Positions 19,441 through 30,124 of a DNA stretch of 64,000 bases are shown here, piece after piece. Origin of the DNA: Betaproteobacteria bacterium (GTDB taxonomy: Bacteria > Pseudomonadota > Gammaproteobacteria > Burkholderiales > Casimicrobiaceae); contig PLYT01000045.1 of the NCBI GenBank assembly GCA_003153475.1, positions 16,126 through 80,125 of the forward strand, in the 5' to 3' direction. Numbering within the stretch: position 1 is the stretch's first letter; every line of letters starts with the position of its first letter. The notes below the pieces were generated by a model, which worked only from the letters and a program-made list of their open reading frames with translations, searched no databases and was not told the origin of the DNA. A program made the translations under genes and the position numbers.

Positions 19441-19848
19441 TCAGCCCGATTGCCGCTTAGCGAGCAGGCCCACTTTGGTGACCTTGTTCTGCTGCAGCAT
19501 GTCGAGTACCTTGACCACCTCCTCGTAGCGCACGTCGTTGTCGCCGGCGATAACGACCGCCTGGGTGGGATCCCTCTGCTGGCGCGCCTGTATGCGCGCG
19601 ATCAACTCGTCGCGCGATACGCGTACTGGTGACGCCGACCCTTCCTTGAACAATAGCGCGCCATCGCGCTTTATCTGTATCTGCATCGGCGCCACCGGCG
19701 CCGTCAGTGCCATCCCCACGCTGGGCAATGTGATCTCGCCGGGCGTGATCAGCGGTGCGGTGATCATGAAAATCACCAGCAGCACCAGCATCACGTCGAT
19801 ATAGGGAACGACGTTGATCTGGTTGATCGCTTTGCGCGGGCGGCGCAT
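19441..19848 (-). CDS. tolR: TolR (ExbD/TolR family)
   Basis: INVVPYIDVMLVLLVIFMITAP motif; 135 aa; lies between tolQ and tolA. Confidence 0.85.
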   Translation of the reverse strand: MRRPRKAINQINVVPYIDVMLVLLVIFMITAPLITPGEITLPSVGMALTAPVAPMQIQIKRDGALLFKEGSASPVRVSRDELIARIQARQQRDPTQAVVIAGDNDVRYEEVVKVLDMLQQNKVTKVGLLAKRQSG

Positions 19849-19852
19849 CGCA

Positions 19853-20521
19853 TCAGCCCTGACGCTGCAGGATGTTGGAGAATTCCTCGATGAACGTCTC
19901 GAAGCGCGTCGCCAGCCGGTCGACGTCGTGCGTATACCGGTTATAGGCGACGACCGCCGGAATTGCGGCGAAGAGGCCGAGCGCGGTGGCGATCAGCGCT
20001 TCGGCGATGCCCGGAGCGACTTGCGCCAGCGTGGCCTGGCTGACGCTCTGCAAGCCGCGAAACGCGTTCATGATTCCCCACACGGTGCCGAACAGCCCGA
20101 TGTACGGGCTGACCGAGCCGACGGTTGCGAGGCCTGCGAGATTGGCCTCCAGCGCGTCGATTTCGCGCTGGTACGATGCGCGCATCGCGCGGCGAGCGCT
20201 GTCCATCGTCGCTGCCGATGAGGAACCTTGCTTGCGGTGTTTGGAGAATTCGCGGAATCCGGCCGAGAAGACCCGCTCCAGCGCGCCGCCATCGCGCGCC
20301 TGGGTCGCCCGCTGGAACAGCGCGTTCAGGTCGCCACCCTTCCAGAATTCGTCCTCGAAGGCGTCGGTTTTTGCTTCGGCTCGCCGCAGCGCGAACATTT
20401 TCAGGAAGATTTGCCACCACGACCACAGCGAAAGGACCAGCAGCAGCACCATCACCGCCTGCACGACGACGCTGGCGTGCACGACCATCGCGACAAATGA
20501 GAGATCAGGATGAACGTTCAA
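19853..20521 (-). CDS. tolQ: TolQ (MotA/TolQ/ExbB proton channel)
   Basis: DLSFVAMVVHASVVVQAVMVLLLVLSLWSWWQIFLK and GLATVGSVSPYIGLFGTVWGIMNAF. Confidence 0.88.
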   Translation of the reverse strand: MNVHPDLSFVAMVVHASVVVQAVMVLLLVLSLWSWWQIFLKMFALRRAEAKTDAFEDEFWKGGDLNALFQRATQARDGGALERVFSAGFREFSKHRKQGSSSAATMDSARRAMRASYQREIDALEANLAGLATVGSVSPYIGLFGTVWGIMNAFRGLQSVSQATLAQVAPGIAEALIATALGLFAAIPAVVAYNRYTHDVDRLATRFETFIEEFSNILQRQG

Positions 20522-20585
20522 GCGTCGGTATCCTCATGTAAATGTAAACGCCGGCCGGCTGCGGGTAGGGTCGAGCGTGTCCCGC

Positions 20586-21617
20586 TCATTCGTTGAAGAG
20601 CTCGCCGGCGGCCGCCGGCGGCGCCAGGCCGAAATGGCGATACGAAAGCGCCGTGGCGATCCGCCCGCGATTGGTCCTCTGCATGAACCCCTGCTGGATC
20701 AGGAACGGCTCGAGCACGTCCTCGATCGTGTCGCGTTCCTCGCCGATGGCCGCCGCGAGATTGTCGACGCCGACCGGGCCGCCGCCGAACTTGTCGAGCA
20801 CACAGCGCAAGAGCTTCCGGTCCATCACGTCGAGACCCATCACGTCGACATCGAGCATCTGCAGCGCCAGATCGGCGACCGCGCAGGTGATATTGCCGGC
20901 CGCGCGCACCTCGGCAAAGTCGCGCACGCGGCGCAGCAATCGATTGGCGATGCGCGGCGTGCCGCGCGATCGCCGCGCGATCTCGAGCGCGCCGTCGGCT
21001 TCGATCGGGATCTCTAGCAGCCGCGCCGAGCGCGTGACAATGCGGGTCAGCTCCTCCGGCGTATAGAACTCGAGCCGCGCGACGATGCCGAAGCGGTCGC
21101 GCAAGGGATTGGTCAGCATGCCCGCCCGCGTCGTCGCGCCGACCAGCGTGAACGGCTGCAGGTCCAGCTTGACCGAGCGCGCAGACGGACCTTCGCCGAT
21201 CATGATGTCGATCTTGAAGTCCTCGAGCGCCGGATACAGGATTTCCTCGACGACCGGCGACAGCCGGTGAATCTCGTCGATGAACAGCACGTCGTGCGGC
21301 TCGAGGTTGGTCAGCAGCGCCGCCAGGTCGCCGGCGCGCTCGAGCACCGGCCCCGACGTCTGCCGCAGGTTGACTCCGAGCTCGTGCGCGATGATGTGCG
21401 AGAGTGTTGTCTTGCCCAGGCCCGGCGGCCCGAACAGCAGCACGTGATCGAGGGCCTCCTTACGCTTCTTGGCTGCCTCGATGAAGATCGAAAGCTGTCC
21501 CCGGATTTTTTCCTGACCGATGTACTCCTCGAGCGCGCGCGGCCGCAGCGTGCGCTCGAGCACTTCTTCGTGCGGGCTCACCGGGGCGGCGGCGATCAGG
21601 CGATCGGTCTCGATCAT
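20586..21617 (-). CDS. ruvB: Holliday junction branch-migration helicase RuvB
   Basis: [15 protein letters not shown], the Walker A motif GPPGLGKTT, and DEIHRL. Confidence 0.95.
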   Translation of the reverse strand: MIETDRLIAAAPVSPHEEVLERTLRPRALEEYIGQEKIRGQLSIFIEAAKKRKEALDHVLLFGPPGLGKTTLSHIIAHELGVNLRQTSGPVLERAGDLAALLTNLEPHDVLFIDEIHRLSPVVEEILYPALEDFKIDIMIGEGPSARSVKLDLQPFTLVGATTRAGMLTNPLRDRFGIVARLEFYTPEELTRIVTRSARLLEIPIEADGALEIARRSRGTPRIANRLLRRVRDFAEVRAAGNITCAVADLALQMLDVDVMGLDVMDRKLLRCVLDKFGGGPVGVDNLAAAIGEERDTIEDVLEPFLIQQGFMQRTNRGRIATALSYRHFGLAPPAAAGELFNE

Positions 21618-21671
21618 GCGTCTATTATGCCTGCGGTGGCCTGCCCCTCAGTGCGGAACGGCGGGGGCGTC

Positions 21672-22253
21672 TCATGCCTTCGCCAGCAGCTTCAATGCCT
21701 GACGGATGCCGTCGCCGACCGCAATGCCTTCCGGCAGCGCCCTGACCGCGTGCGTGGCTTCCTTGTCGCTGTAGCCCAGCGACAACAGCGCGTTCAACAC
21801 GTCGGCCGCGACCGGCGCCGGCCGATGCACGCCGACCGCGGTCGTCAGATCGGCGCCGAGCTTGTCCTTGAGCTCGAGCAGCAAGCGCTCGGCCGTCTTT
21901 TTTCCGATCCCGGGAATCTTGATCAGTCGTCCGCTGTCCTGCATGCTGACCGCCTGCGCAAGCTCGGCAACCGACAGGCCGGACAGGACGGCCAGCGCGA
22001 TGCGCGCGCCGACGCCGCTGATCCGGATCAGTTGACGGAATGCGCGGCGCTCGTTTTCAGAGCCGAATCCGAACAGCAGATGCGCGTCCTCGCGCACGAC
22101 CAGGTGGGTGAACAGCACCAGCTTGTCGCCGAGGTTGGGCAGGTTGTAGAACGTGCTCATCGGCACATCGATTTCGTAAGCGACGCCTTGCACGTCGAGC
22201 AGGATCTGCGGCGGGTTCTTCTCCAGCAGCGTCCCGGCAAGCCGGCCGATCAT
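21672..22253 (-). CDS. ruvA: Holliday junction DNA helicase RuvA
   Basis: [28 protein letters not shown]...FGF...[15 protein letters not shown]...[16 protein letters not shown]. Confidence 0.95.
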   Translation of the reverse strand: MIGRLAGTLLEKNPPQILLDVQGVAYEIDVPMSTFYNLPNLGDKLVLFTHLVVREDAHLLFGFGSENERRAFRQLIRISGVGARIALAVLSGLSVAELAQAVSMQDSGRLIKIPGIGKKTAERLLLELKDKLGADLTTAVGVHRPAPVAADVLNALLSLGYSDKEATHAVRALPEGIAVGDGIRQALKLLAKA

Positions 22254-22392
22254 CGCGTTGCCGCCGGCATCGCGATGCGCGCGCTCCGGATCGTCGAACC
22301 GGAGGCATCGGGCAAATCGTGTAGACGGATGCCGCGCATGGCGCGAATTATCGCATGCACGGACGCCCGCATCGCCGGTCGGCCGCTGCGCT

Positions 22393-23061
22393 TCAAGGGC
22401 CGATGGCGCGCAGATGCACGGCTACGGCGGAAAGCGAGCCCACGACCAGCGGTTTGAGCAACAGCAGCTCGACGCTGGGTTGATGCAGATCGGGCACCAT
22501 CACCGGCATCATGCCGGCGGCCGCCGCGCCGATGATGCCGGGCTCCGAGTCTTCCAGCACGATGCAGTCGCCGGCGGGAACGCCCAGGCGCGCGGCGGCA
22601 GCGAGAAAAATATCCGGAGCCGGCTTGCCATGCGCGATCTCGTCGCCGCCGACCAGCGCAGCGAAGCGATGCGTAAGGCCGACCCGATCGAGCTTGGCGA
22701 GAGCGCGCTCGCGGCGCGTCGACGTCGCCACCGCCGTGGCGATGCCGCGCTCGTCGAGCAGATCCAGGATCTCGACAAGGCCCGGCTTGAGCGCGATGCC
22801 TTCGGCAGCGACGATCGTGTCGTAGTCGGCGGCCCAGGCGCGCGTCAGCTCGTCGACCGGATAGTCGGCGCCGTGGCGGGCGCGGATCAGCGCGACGCAA
22901 TCGCCGAAGTCGCGTCCGATCATCTGCCGGCAGAGTGTGAGATCGAAATCGCGGCCCAGGCCGCGCGCGGCGCGCTCCCATGCGCGTAGCGCCGGGGCCT
23001 CGGTGTCGAGCATCAAGCCGTCCATGTCGAAGATGACGGCTTCCGGCCAGCGCTCGATCAA
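22393..23061 (-). CDS. HAD-superfamily phosphatase (beta-phosphoglucomutase-like subfamily)
   Basis: [13 protein letters not shown] (motif I), ATST (II) and KPAPDIF...LEDSEPGI (III/IV). The TTG start overlaps the ruvC stop (TTGA). The track start at 23145 would overlap ruvC by 88 nt. Confidence 0.75.
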   Translation of the reverse strand: MIERWPEAVIFDMDGLMLDTEAPALRAWERAARGLGRDFDLTLCRQMIGRDFGDCVALIRARHGADYPVDELTRAWAADYDTIVAAEGIALKPGLVEILDLLDERGIATAVATSTRRERALAKLDRVGLTHRFAALVGGDEIAHGKPAPDIFLAAAARLGVPAGDCIVLEDSEPGIIGAAAAGMMPVMVPDLHQPSVELLLLKPLVVGSLSAVAVHLRAIGP

Positions 23062-23588
23062 AGGATGCGGCCTCTGCGTACGTGGTAGCCGCCGCGGCGA
23101 AAGCCCCCGATGCCGGCGCCGCCATGAGCGTGGCAGATCGCGCACGCCAGCGCGTCGGCTGCATCGGCGGAAGGGGCGGCCGGCAGCGCGAGGAGGCGCC
23201 TGACCATCTCCTGCACCTGCTCCTTCGCCGCTTTGCCGTGGCCGACGACGGCCTGCTTGATCTGCAATGCCGTGTATTCGCTGACCGGGAGCTCGGCGAG
23301 AACGGCCGCGGAGATCGCCGCGCCGCGCGCCTGACCGAGCAGCAAGGTCGACTGCGGATTGACGTTGACAAAGACTTTTTCGACCGCGACCTCGGTCGGA
23401 AAGTGCGCGCCGATGACGCTGGCCAGGTCGCGCAGGATCAGCTTCAACCGATCGGGCAACTCGCCCGAGGTGTTGCGTATGCAGCCGCTGGCGACGTACT
23501 GCAGGCGGTTGCCGGTGCAGACGATCACACCAAAGCCTGTCACCCGGAGACCAGGATCAATTCCCAATATCCGTCGCACCTCGTTCAT
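23058..23588 (-). CDS. ruvC: crossover junction endodeoxyribonuclease RuvC
   Basis: [17 protein letters not shown]...[23 protein letters not shown]...[13 protein letters not shown]. The ATG overlaps the yebC stop (ATGA). Confidence 0.92.
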   Translation of the reverse strand: MNEVRRILGIDPGLRVTGFGVIVCTGNRLQYVASGCIRNTSGELPDRLKLILRDLASVIGAHFPTEVAVEKVFVNVNPQSTLLLGQARGAAISAAVLAELPVSEYTALQIKQAVVGHGKAAKEQVQEMVRRLLALPAAPSADAADALACAICHAHGGAGIGGFRRGGYHVRRGRIL

Positions 23589-24310
23589 TCCACGATGACC
23601 GCGGTCGTGTAAACGTCCTGCACGTCGTCGAGCGCTTCGAGCGCGTCCAGAAGCTTTTGCATCCGAACGGCGTCCTCGCCTTTGCATTCGACTTCGACCA
23701 CCGGCTTCATCGTCACTTCGGCGAAGTCGGATCTAAGCCCTGCGTCGGCCAGCGCCTGCCTGACTTTGACCAGCTCGTGCGGCGCGGTAATCACTTCCGA
23801 CGAGCCGTCGTCTTGGCTGACGACGTCCTCGGCGCCGGCGTCGAGCGCAAGCTCGATCAGCCTGTTTTCGTCGGTACCCGGGGCAAACAGAATCTGGCCG
23901 CAATGCCTGAACAGGAAAGCCACCGAACCGTCGGTACCGAGATTGCCGCCGTTCTTGGAAAAAGCATGGCGTACGTCGGCGACGGTCCGCGTCCGGTTGT
24001 CGGTCAGGCAGTCGACGATGACGGCGGCGCCGTTGATGCCGTAGCCTTCATAGCGGATCTCTTCGTAGCTCGCGTCGTCGGCCCCGCCCGAGCCGCGCCT
24101 GATCGCGCGCTCGATCGTGTCCTTCGGCATGTTGTTGTCCATCGCTTTGTCGACCGCGAGCCGCAGCCGCGGATTGGTCGAGACGTCGATGCCGCCGAGC
24201 TTGGAGGAGACGGTGATTTCGCGGATCAGCCGCGTGAAGATCTTGCCGCGCTTGGCATCGGTGGCAGCCTTCTTGTGCTTGATGTTCGCCCACTTGCTGT
24301 GGCCTGCCAT
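23585..24310 (-). CDS. yebC: YebC/PmpR family DNA-binding transcriptional regulator
   Basis: [26 protein letters not shown]...RYEGYG is the family signature. Confidence 0.93.
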   Translation of the reverse strand: MAGHSKWANIKHKKAATDAKRGKIFTRLIREITVSSKLGGIDVSTNPRLRLAVDKAMDNNMPKDTIERAIRRGSGGADDASYEEIRYEGYGINGAAVIVDCLTDNRTRTVADVRHAFSKNGGNLGTDGSVAFLFRHCGQILFAPGTDENRLIELALDAGAEDVVSQDDGSSEVITAPHELVKVRQALADAGLRSDFAEVTMKPVVEVECKGEDAVRMQKLLDALEALDDVQDVYTTAVIVE

Positions 24311-24386
24311 GATACATTCCCGCCGTGCTGCTCGATCGCAAATTATAGCAGCGGGGGGTGTTGCCGCCTCGGGATGCCGGCCGCGG

Positions 24387-25016
24387 TTACAGCAGATCCT
24401 GCTGCTTCAGAAATTGCGCGATCGCCTTGAGCCGCACCTCGCTGTCGTTGATCTCGAGCATGCCCTGCTTGATATTGGCCGGCAGCGGGAGCAACTCGGC
24501 GAGCCGGTAGCCGACCCACGAAGCGTCGTCCAGCGCCTCGCCTGCAAAATTTTCGCGGCCGACGCGATTGATCATCAGCTCGAGCAGATCGGCGAGCGGC
24601 CGATGCATGTCGGGCAGCGGTACCCTGGGCTCGGGAAGGATCGTGGTTGCCTGCGCCAGGAAGAGGCCGTCGTCGGCTGTGCGATGCGACTGCACCTGGA
24701 ACCGCGTGCCGCCCTCCGTCCTGAGCTGCAGGATCCCGAGCTGCGGCATGTCCCAGGACGTGATCTTCGCCAGCGTGCCGACCAGCGAGAACTCCGGAGT
24801 GTCCGAGGCGCCGCGCCGCGCGACTTCCTCGCCCCGCGTCAACAGGCACACGCCGAAAGGCTTGTCGTCCTGGATGCAGCGCTTGGTCATGTCGATGTAC
24901 CGCTGCTCGAACACTTTCAGTGGCAGCAGGCCGCCGGGAAACAGCACCGTTTTCAGCGGAAAAAGCGGCAGCGTCAGCGGCTCGCGCGATGGCGCGCCGC
25001 GCCGAAAGGGCAGCAT
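24387..25016 (-). CDS. LON N-terminal (substrate-binding) domain protein
   Basis: [28 protein letters not shown]...FGVCL. 209 aa taken from the ATG at 25016; the track ORF is over-extended. Confidence 0.75.
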   Translation of the reverse strand: MLPFRRGAPSREPLTLPLFPLKTVLFPGGLLPLKVFEQRYIDMTKRCIQDDKPFGVCLLTRGEEVARRGASDTPEFSLVGTLAKITSWDMPQLGILQLRTEGGTRFQVQSHRTADDGLFLAQATTILPEPRVPLPDMHRPLADLLELMINRVGRENFAGEALDDASWVGYRLAELLPLPANIKQGMLEINDSEVRLKAIAQFLKQQDLL

Positions 25017-25027
25017 CGGTAGCGCCT

Positions 25028-25669
25028 TTAGGCGCGCTCGAGCCGCGGCCGCGTGACCCGCGCCGCGCCCCAGCGGGGTCCGAGCGCATGCTCGACGCCG
25101 AGCTGGTCGAGAACGCGTGCGACGACGAAGTCGACGAGGTCCTCGATCGTGGCCGGATGCCCGTAAAAGCCCGGCGACGGAGGCAGGATTACGGCGCCCG
25201 CGCGCGCGAGCTTCAACATGTTCTCGAGGTGTATCGCAGACAGCGGCGTCTCGCGCGGAACCAGCACCAGCGTTCGGCGCTCCTTGAGCATCACGTCGGC
25301 TGCCCGTTCGATCAGATTGTCGGCGAGTCCCGCCGCGAGCGCGCCCAGCGTTCCCATGCTGCATGGGCATACGGCCATCGCATCGGCCGGATTCGATCCG
25401 GACGCGACGGGGCTCATCCAGTCTTCACGGCCGAATACGGTGAGCTGCCCCGGCTGCGCAGCGTAGCGCTCAGCGAAGAAGCTTGCCGCCGCGGCCGGCT
25501 GCGTGGGCAAGGTGAGCTCGAGCTCCTGTCGGGCCACGACCTGCGCCGCCGGCGAATAGAGCAGGAACACGCGCGCGCCCGCCGCGATCAGGCATTCAAG
25601 CAGCCGCAAACCGTACGGCAGACCCGACGCGCCGGTGAAGGCGACGGTGACGGTTTTCGGGGCGGTCAT
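25028..25669 (-). CDS. ubiX: flavin prenyltransferase UbiX
   Basis: VAFTGASGLPYGLRLLECL...PCSMGTLGALAAGLADNLIERAADVMLKERR.LVLVPRETPL. Confidence 0.9.
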   Translation of the reverse strand: MTAPKTVTVAFTGASGLPYGLRLLECLIAAGARVFLLYSPAAQVVARQELELTLPTQPAAAASFFAERYAAQPGQLTVFGREDWMSPVASGSNPADAMAVCPCSMGTLGALAAGLADNLIERAADVMLKERRTLVLVPRETPLSAIHLENMLKLARAGAVILPPSPGFYGHPATIEDLVDFVVARVLDQLGVEHALGPRWGAARVTRPRLERA

Positions 25670-25731
25670 TGGACGATTCTAGCGTATTGGCACGCACCGC
25701 CACCGCGGGCGGACCGCAAGCCGCGAACGCT

Positions 25732-26568
25732 TCAACCGATCTCGCGATGGCGCGTATGCACCTGGTAGCGGCCGCCGAACGCCTGCGCCAAGCGCTCGGC
25801 AAGGTAGACCGACCGATGCCGGCCGCCGGTGCAGCCGATCGCCACTGTCAGGTAGTTGCGATTGTCGCGCGCGTAGTCCGGCAGCCAGCTGCCGACGAAA
25901 TGGTAGATGTCGGTGTACATGCGCTCGACCTCGGGATGGCTCTCGAGGTAGGCGATCACTGCCGGGTCCTTGCCATTGAGCGGCGCAAGCTCGGCCTCGT
26001 AATACGGGTTAGGCAGGCAGCGCACGTCGAAGACCAGATCGGCGTCGAGAGGGACGCCATGCTTGTAGCCGAACGACTGGAACAGCAGCGTCATCCGCGA
26101 TGGATCGACGCTGATGAAATCCTTGACCCATCGGCGCAGTGCCGCCGCAGGCAGGTCACTGGTGTCGAAGCTGTAGCCCAGCGAGCGGATGTCGGCCAGG
26201 CGACCGCGCTCGAATTCGATCGCCTCGCGCAGTGTCCGGTCGTCGCTGGAAAACGGATGCCGGCGGCGCGTTTCGGAAAAGCGCTTGACCAGCGTCTCGG
26301 TCTTGGCGTCCAGATAGACGAAGCGCACCGTCCACCCGTCGGCGCGCGCGGCCTCGATCGCCCCCTGCAGACCCTCGAGCGCGGGATCGGTCTTGACGTC
26401 GAGCGCGATCGCCACCCGGTCCTGCCGCGCCCGCTTCAGGTGATCGAGGAGGCCGCCGAGCTGGGTCGCGGGCAGATTCGACACCGCGTAGTAGCCGCTG
26501 TCTTCCAAGGCCGCGAGCGCGACACTCTTGCCCGAGCCCGAGACGCCGCCGATCAGCACCAGGTCCAT
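25732..26568 (-). CDS. rapZ: RNase adapter protein RapZ
   Basis: MDLVLIGGVSGSGKSVALAALEDSGYYAVSNLP...GCTGGRHRSVYLAERL. Confidence 0.92.
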   Translation of the reverse strand: MDLVLIGGVSGSGKSVALAALEDSGYYAVSNLPATQLGGLLDHLKRARQDRVAIALDVKTDPALEGLQGAIEAARADGWTVRFVYLDAKTETLVKRFSETRRRHPFSSDDRTLREAIEFERGRLADIRSLGYSFDTSDLPAAALRRWVKDFISVDPSRMTLLFQSFGYKHGVPLDADLVFDVRCLPNPYYEAELAPLNGKDPAVIAYLESHPEVERMYTDIYHFVGSWLPDYARDNRNYLTVAIGCTGGRHRSVYLAERLAQAFGGRYQVHTRHREIG

Positions 26569-26577
26569 ACGCGCGCG

Positions 26578-27537
26578 TCAGCCGCCGTCTTCCATCAGCT
26601 TCTGCTGCCGCTCGATGAACTCCTTGGTGCTGTCGATGCCGCGCTGGTTGAGAACGAAATTGCGCACCGCCGCCTCGACCAGCACCGCGAGGTTGCGGCC
26701 TGCGGCGACCGGAATCGTCACCTTGCGGATCGGCACGCCCAGGATCTCCTGGTAGGTCGCGCTGACCTGCAGCCGGTCGAGCTCGGAGAACTGCTCGTTG
26801 CTGTGGTCCTCGAGGTGCACCATCAGCTTGAGCAGCTTGCGCGGGCGCACCGCGGTCTCGCCGAAAATCGTGCGGATGTTGAGCACGCCGATGCCGCGAA
26901 CTTCGAGAAAGTCCTTGAGCACCGCCGGGCAGCGTCCTTCGAGCGTGTCCGGCGAAATGCGGTACAGCTCGACGATGTCGTCGGCGACCAGGCCGTTGCC
27001 GCGCGAAATCAGCTCGAGCGCAAGCTCGCTCTTGCCGATCGCCGATGCGCCGGTGATCAGCACGCCCATCTCGAGAACGTCGAGAAACACGCCATGCAGC
27101 GACGTGGACTCGGCGAGCATGCGCGACAGATAAAGCCGGATCACGTCGACGACGTGCGGCGAGGGCTGCGGCGAAGTCAGCAGCGCCATGTGGTGGCGGT
27201 TGCACGTGTCGAGCAGATATTTCGGAATTTCTTCGCCGTTGGCGACGATGATCGCCGCCAGGTCGGTGGTGAACAGGCGCGAGATCGCCTGCTGCAGTGC
27301 TTCTTCGGGGAGGCTGCGCAGATAGCTCGCCTCGGCGGCGCCGATCATCTGCACGCGAAACGGGTGGATGAAATTCATGTGGCCGACCTGGCCGATCGTC
27401 GGCTTCAGCGCGGCCTCTCCGGTGAGCACGCGGTTGCCGCCCTGCCGGCCCGCGAGCCAGGTCATGCCCAGCCGCTCCTGGTTGTCGGCGATCAGGCGCT
27501 CGATGCTCACCTGCCGTACGGCGCCGCTCCGGTTCAT
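26578..27537 (-). CDS. hprK: HPr kinase/phosphorylase
   Basis: HGVFLDVLEMGVLITGASAIGKSELALELISRGNGLVADD...LEVRGIGVLNI. Confidence 0.92.
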   Translation of the reverse strand: MNRSGAVRQVSIERLIADNQERLGMTWLAGRQGGNRVLTGEAALKPTIGQVGHMNFIHPFRVQMIGAAEASYLRSLPEEALQQAISRLFTTDLAAIIVANGEEIPKYLLDTCNRHHMALLTSPQPSPHVVDVIRLYLSRMLAESTSLHGVFLDVLEMGVLITGASAIGKSELALELISRGNGLVADDIVELYRISPDTLEGRCPAVLKDFLEVRGIGVLNIRTIFGETAVRPRKLLKLMVHLEDHSNEQFSELDRLQVSATYQEILGVPIRKVTIPVAAGRNLAVLVEAAVRNFVLNQRGIDSTKEFIERQQKLMEDGG

Positions 27538-27998
27538 AGCGGCTCAGGCTGCCAGTCGGCAAACACCTGGTGCACTTCGGCGGCATCGGCCGCCATCGCG
27601 AGCTGTTCGCGGAACGACCTTTCGCCGAACATCTGCGCGAGCTCGGACAGCAGCTCCAGATGCTCCTCGGTGGCGTGTTCCGGTACGAGAAGGACGAATA
27701 CCTGCTCCACAGGCTTGCCGTCGGGCGCGTCGAACGGAATCGGCTGCTGCGGCCGCACGAACGCCCCCATCGCCTGCTTGAGTCCCTTGATGCGGCCGTG
27801 CGGAATGGCGATGCCCTGCCCGAGCCCGGTCGACCCCAGCCGTTCGCGTGCGAACAGGCTGTCGAAGACGACTGAGCGCGCGATCTGCGAGTGCGCCTCG
27901 AAAAGCGCTCCGATCTGCTCGAACAGGCGCTTCTTGCTGGTCGCTTCGAGGTTGAGCGCGATATTCGCTTCGGGCAGAAGCTGCGCGATCTGGTTCAT
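27534..27998 (-). CDS. ptsN: PTS IIA-like nitrogen-regulatory protein PtsN
   Basis: RERLGSTGLGQGIAIPHGRI with the conserved His; 154 aa; lies downstream of hpf and rpoN. Confidence 0.9.
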   Translation of the reverse strand: MNQIAQLLPEANIALNLEATSKKRLFEQIGALFEAHSQIARSVVFDSLFARERLGSTGLGQGIAIPHGRIKGLKQAMGAFVRPQQPIPFDAPDGKPVEQVFVLLVPEHATEEHLELLSELAQMFGERSFREQLAMAADAAEVHQVFADWQPEPL

Positions 27999-28084
27999 CG
28001 TCTGGGATCGGTGGTCGACGGAATCCTCAAGCGCCGCGTGAGAGCGGCGCTTGAGCCGGACGCGATTATACGCCGCGCGACAGC

Positions 28085-28438
28085 CTATTGAGCGCGCGTC
28101 TTGCCCGGCGCCGGGGCGCCGGCGGCGCGCTTGATCGGACCGGTCTCGCGGCGGTGCCCGTTTTTCTTTTCCTTGTGCCGCAGCACCTGCCGGTCGAGCT
28201 TGTCGGCGAGCGCGTCGATCGCCGCGTACATGTCGGGATCGACGCACTCGACATGGATGTCCTTGCCGCGGATGTGCAGATTGGCGGTTACCTGCTGTCT
28301 GAGCTTGTCGACGGACAACATCACGTTGACGTCGATCACATGATCGAAATGTCGCGTGACGCGATCGAGCTTGGTCGTCACGTAATCGCGGATCGCGGAG
28401 GTGATCAGAAGATGGTGTCCGCTAAGGCTCAGGTTCAT
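28085..28438 (-). CDS. hpf: ribosome hibernation-promoting factor (sigma-54 modulation protein family)
   Basis: MNLSLSGHHLLITSAIRDYVTTKLDRVTRHFDHVIDVNVML...DMYAAIDALADKLDRQ. Confidence 0.9.
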   Translation of the reverse strand: MNLSLSGHHLLITSAIRDYVTTKLDRVTRHFDHVIDVNVMLSVDKLRQQVTANLHIRGKDIHVECVDPDMYAAIDALADKLDRQVLRHKEKKNGHRRETGPIKRAAGAPAPGKTRAQ

Positions 28439-28491
28439 CCAGCTCTCCTTCGCATTGACGCGCAGGCCTGGGTGGCCCGTAACACAGGTCA

Positions 28492-29931
28492 CTAGATGGC
28501 CTTGCGCAGATTGACCGGAGGTATCTGCAGCGCTTCCCGATATTTGGCGACCGTGCGGCGGGCGACGACGATACCCTGGTCGCCCAAGAGGTCGGCGATG
28601 CGGCTGTCGGTCAGCGGAGAGTTCTGATCCTCGGCACCGATCAGCTGCTTGATCAGCGCGCGGATCGCGGTAGCCGATGCGGCGCCGCCGGTGTCGGTTG
28701 CGACGTGGCTGCCGAAAAAATACTTGAGCTCGTAGGTACCGCGCATCGTCAGCATGTACTTCTGCGCGGTGACGCGCGAGATCGTCGACTCGTGCAGGTT
28801 CAGGATTTCGGCGATCTCACGCAGGACCATCGGACGCATTGCGACTTCGCCGTGATCGAAGAAATGCCGCTGCCGATCGACGATGGCCTGCGACACGCGC
28901 AGGATGGTCTCGAACCGCTGCTGCACGTTGCGGATCAGCCATTTTGCCTCCTGCAGCTGGGCCGCCAGCTGCTGGTTCGACGAGCCTCGGTTGCGCGTGA
29001 GGATATCGGCATAGATGCGATTCAGCCGCAGCTTGGGCATCGCGGCCTCGTTGAGCGCCGCGACCCAGCGACCCCTTATCTTTCTTACGACCACGTCCGG
29101 AATCACATAGTTCGCTTCGGTCTTGGAAAATTCGCCGCCGGGACGGGGATGCAGGCTGGTGATCAGCGTGCGCACGCCGCGCAGGCCCGCGTCGTCGATA
29201 TGCAACAGCCGCTTGAGCTTCCCGAAGTCGCGTGCGGCCAGCAGCGGCAGATGATGCTCGACCAGCTTCAGCGCTTCACAAAGGAACGGAGTCTTTGCGG
29301 GCATCACCTTGAGTTGCAGCGCCAGGCACTCGGAAGCGTCGCGGGCGCCGACGCCGGCGGGCTCGAAGTTCTGCAGGTGCCGGAGCGCGATCTGCAGTTC
29401 GTCGGCGTCGATGCCCAACTCCTCGGGAAAAAACTCGAGCAGCTCCTCCAGCGACGTCGTCAGGTAGCCGTCGTCATTAAGCGCATCGATCAGCGCTGCC
29501 ACGATCTGACGATCGCGCAACGGAAGATTGAGCTCGGCCAGCTGCGAATTGAGGTGGTCGCGGAGCGAGCTGGTCGCGACCTGTTGCGGCGAGAAATTTT
29601 CATCGTCGTCGTCAGTGCCACCGGTCGAGGTGCCCCAGTCGCCGTCGCCGGCCGCGCTGGTCATCGAGTCGAAATCCGACTGCAGCGTGCCGTCCGCTCG
29701 CTCCAGCGGCTCGTCGACGGTGGCCGATGTCGCCGCCGACTGCGCGAACTCCGGCGGCGGAGCGACGTGTTCGTCGTCGTCGGCTTTTTCGAGCAGCGGG
29801 TTCTCCTGGAGCAGGCGTTCCACTTCGGCGTTGAGCTCCAGCGTCGACAATTGCAGCAGGCGGATCGATTGCTGCAGCTGCGGCGTCAGCGTCAGGTGCT
29901 GACTGAGCTTGAGCTGAAGGGTCGGCTTCAT
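28492..29931 (-). CDS. rpoN: RNA polymerase sigma-54 factor
   Basis: MKPTLQLKLSQHLTLTPQLQQSIRLLQLSTLEL at the N-terminus, and the RpoN box ARRTVAKYRE near the C-terminus. Confidence 0.96.
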   Translation of the reverse strand: MKPTLQLKLSQHLTLTPQLQQSIRLLQLSTLELNAEVERLLQENPLLEKADDDEHVAPPPEFAQSAATSATVDEPLERADGTLQSDFDSMTSAAGDGDWGTSTGGTDDDDENFSPQQVATSSLRDHLNSQLAELNLPLRDRQIVAALIDALNDDGYLTTSLEELLEFFPEELGIDADELQIALRHLQNFEPAGVGARDASECLALQLKVMPAKTPFLCEALKLVEHHLPLLAARDFGKLKRLLHIDDAGLRGVRTLITSLHPRPGGEFSKTEANYVIPDVVVRKIRGRWVAALNEAAMPKLRLNRIYADILTRNRGSSNQQLAAQLQEAKWLIRNVQQRFETILRVSQAIVDRQRHFFDHGEVAMRPMVLREIAEILNLHESTISRVTAQKYMLTMRGTYELKYFFGSHVATDTGGAASATAIRALIKQLIGAEDQNSPLTDSRIADLLGDQGIVVARRTVAKYREALQIPPVNLRKAI

Positions 29932-30124
29932 CGTCTCGCGCCACCGCGGCGGCCGGGGCGGCGGCGCATCGACACGACGGTCGGCGCGTCAAGCGCGGCG
30001 CGGAATCCGCGGTGAGCCGACCGGTGTTGCGCGGCAGGAATGGGCAGGCCGCGGCCGCCGGCGGCGCGGCGAGGCCGCGTGGCCGGCAGGAAAGCGCGCC
30101 TGCCCGATTCGATTGTTGCCATGG

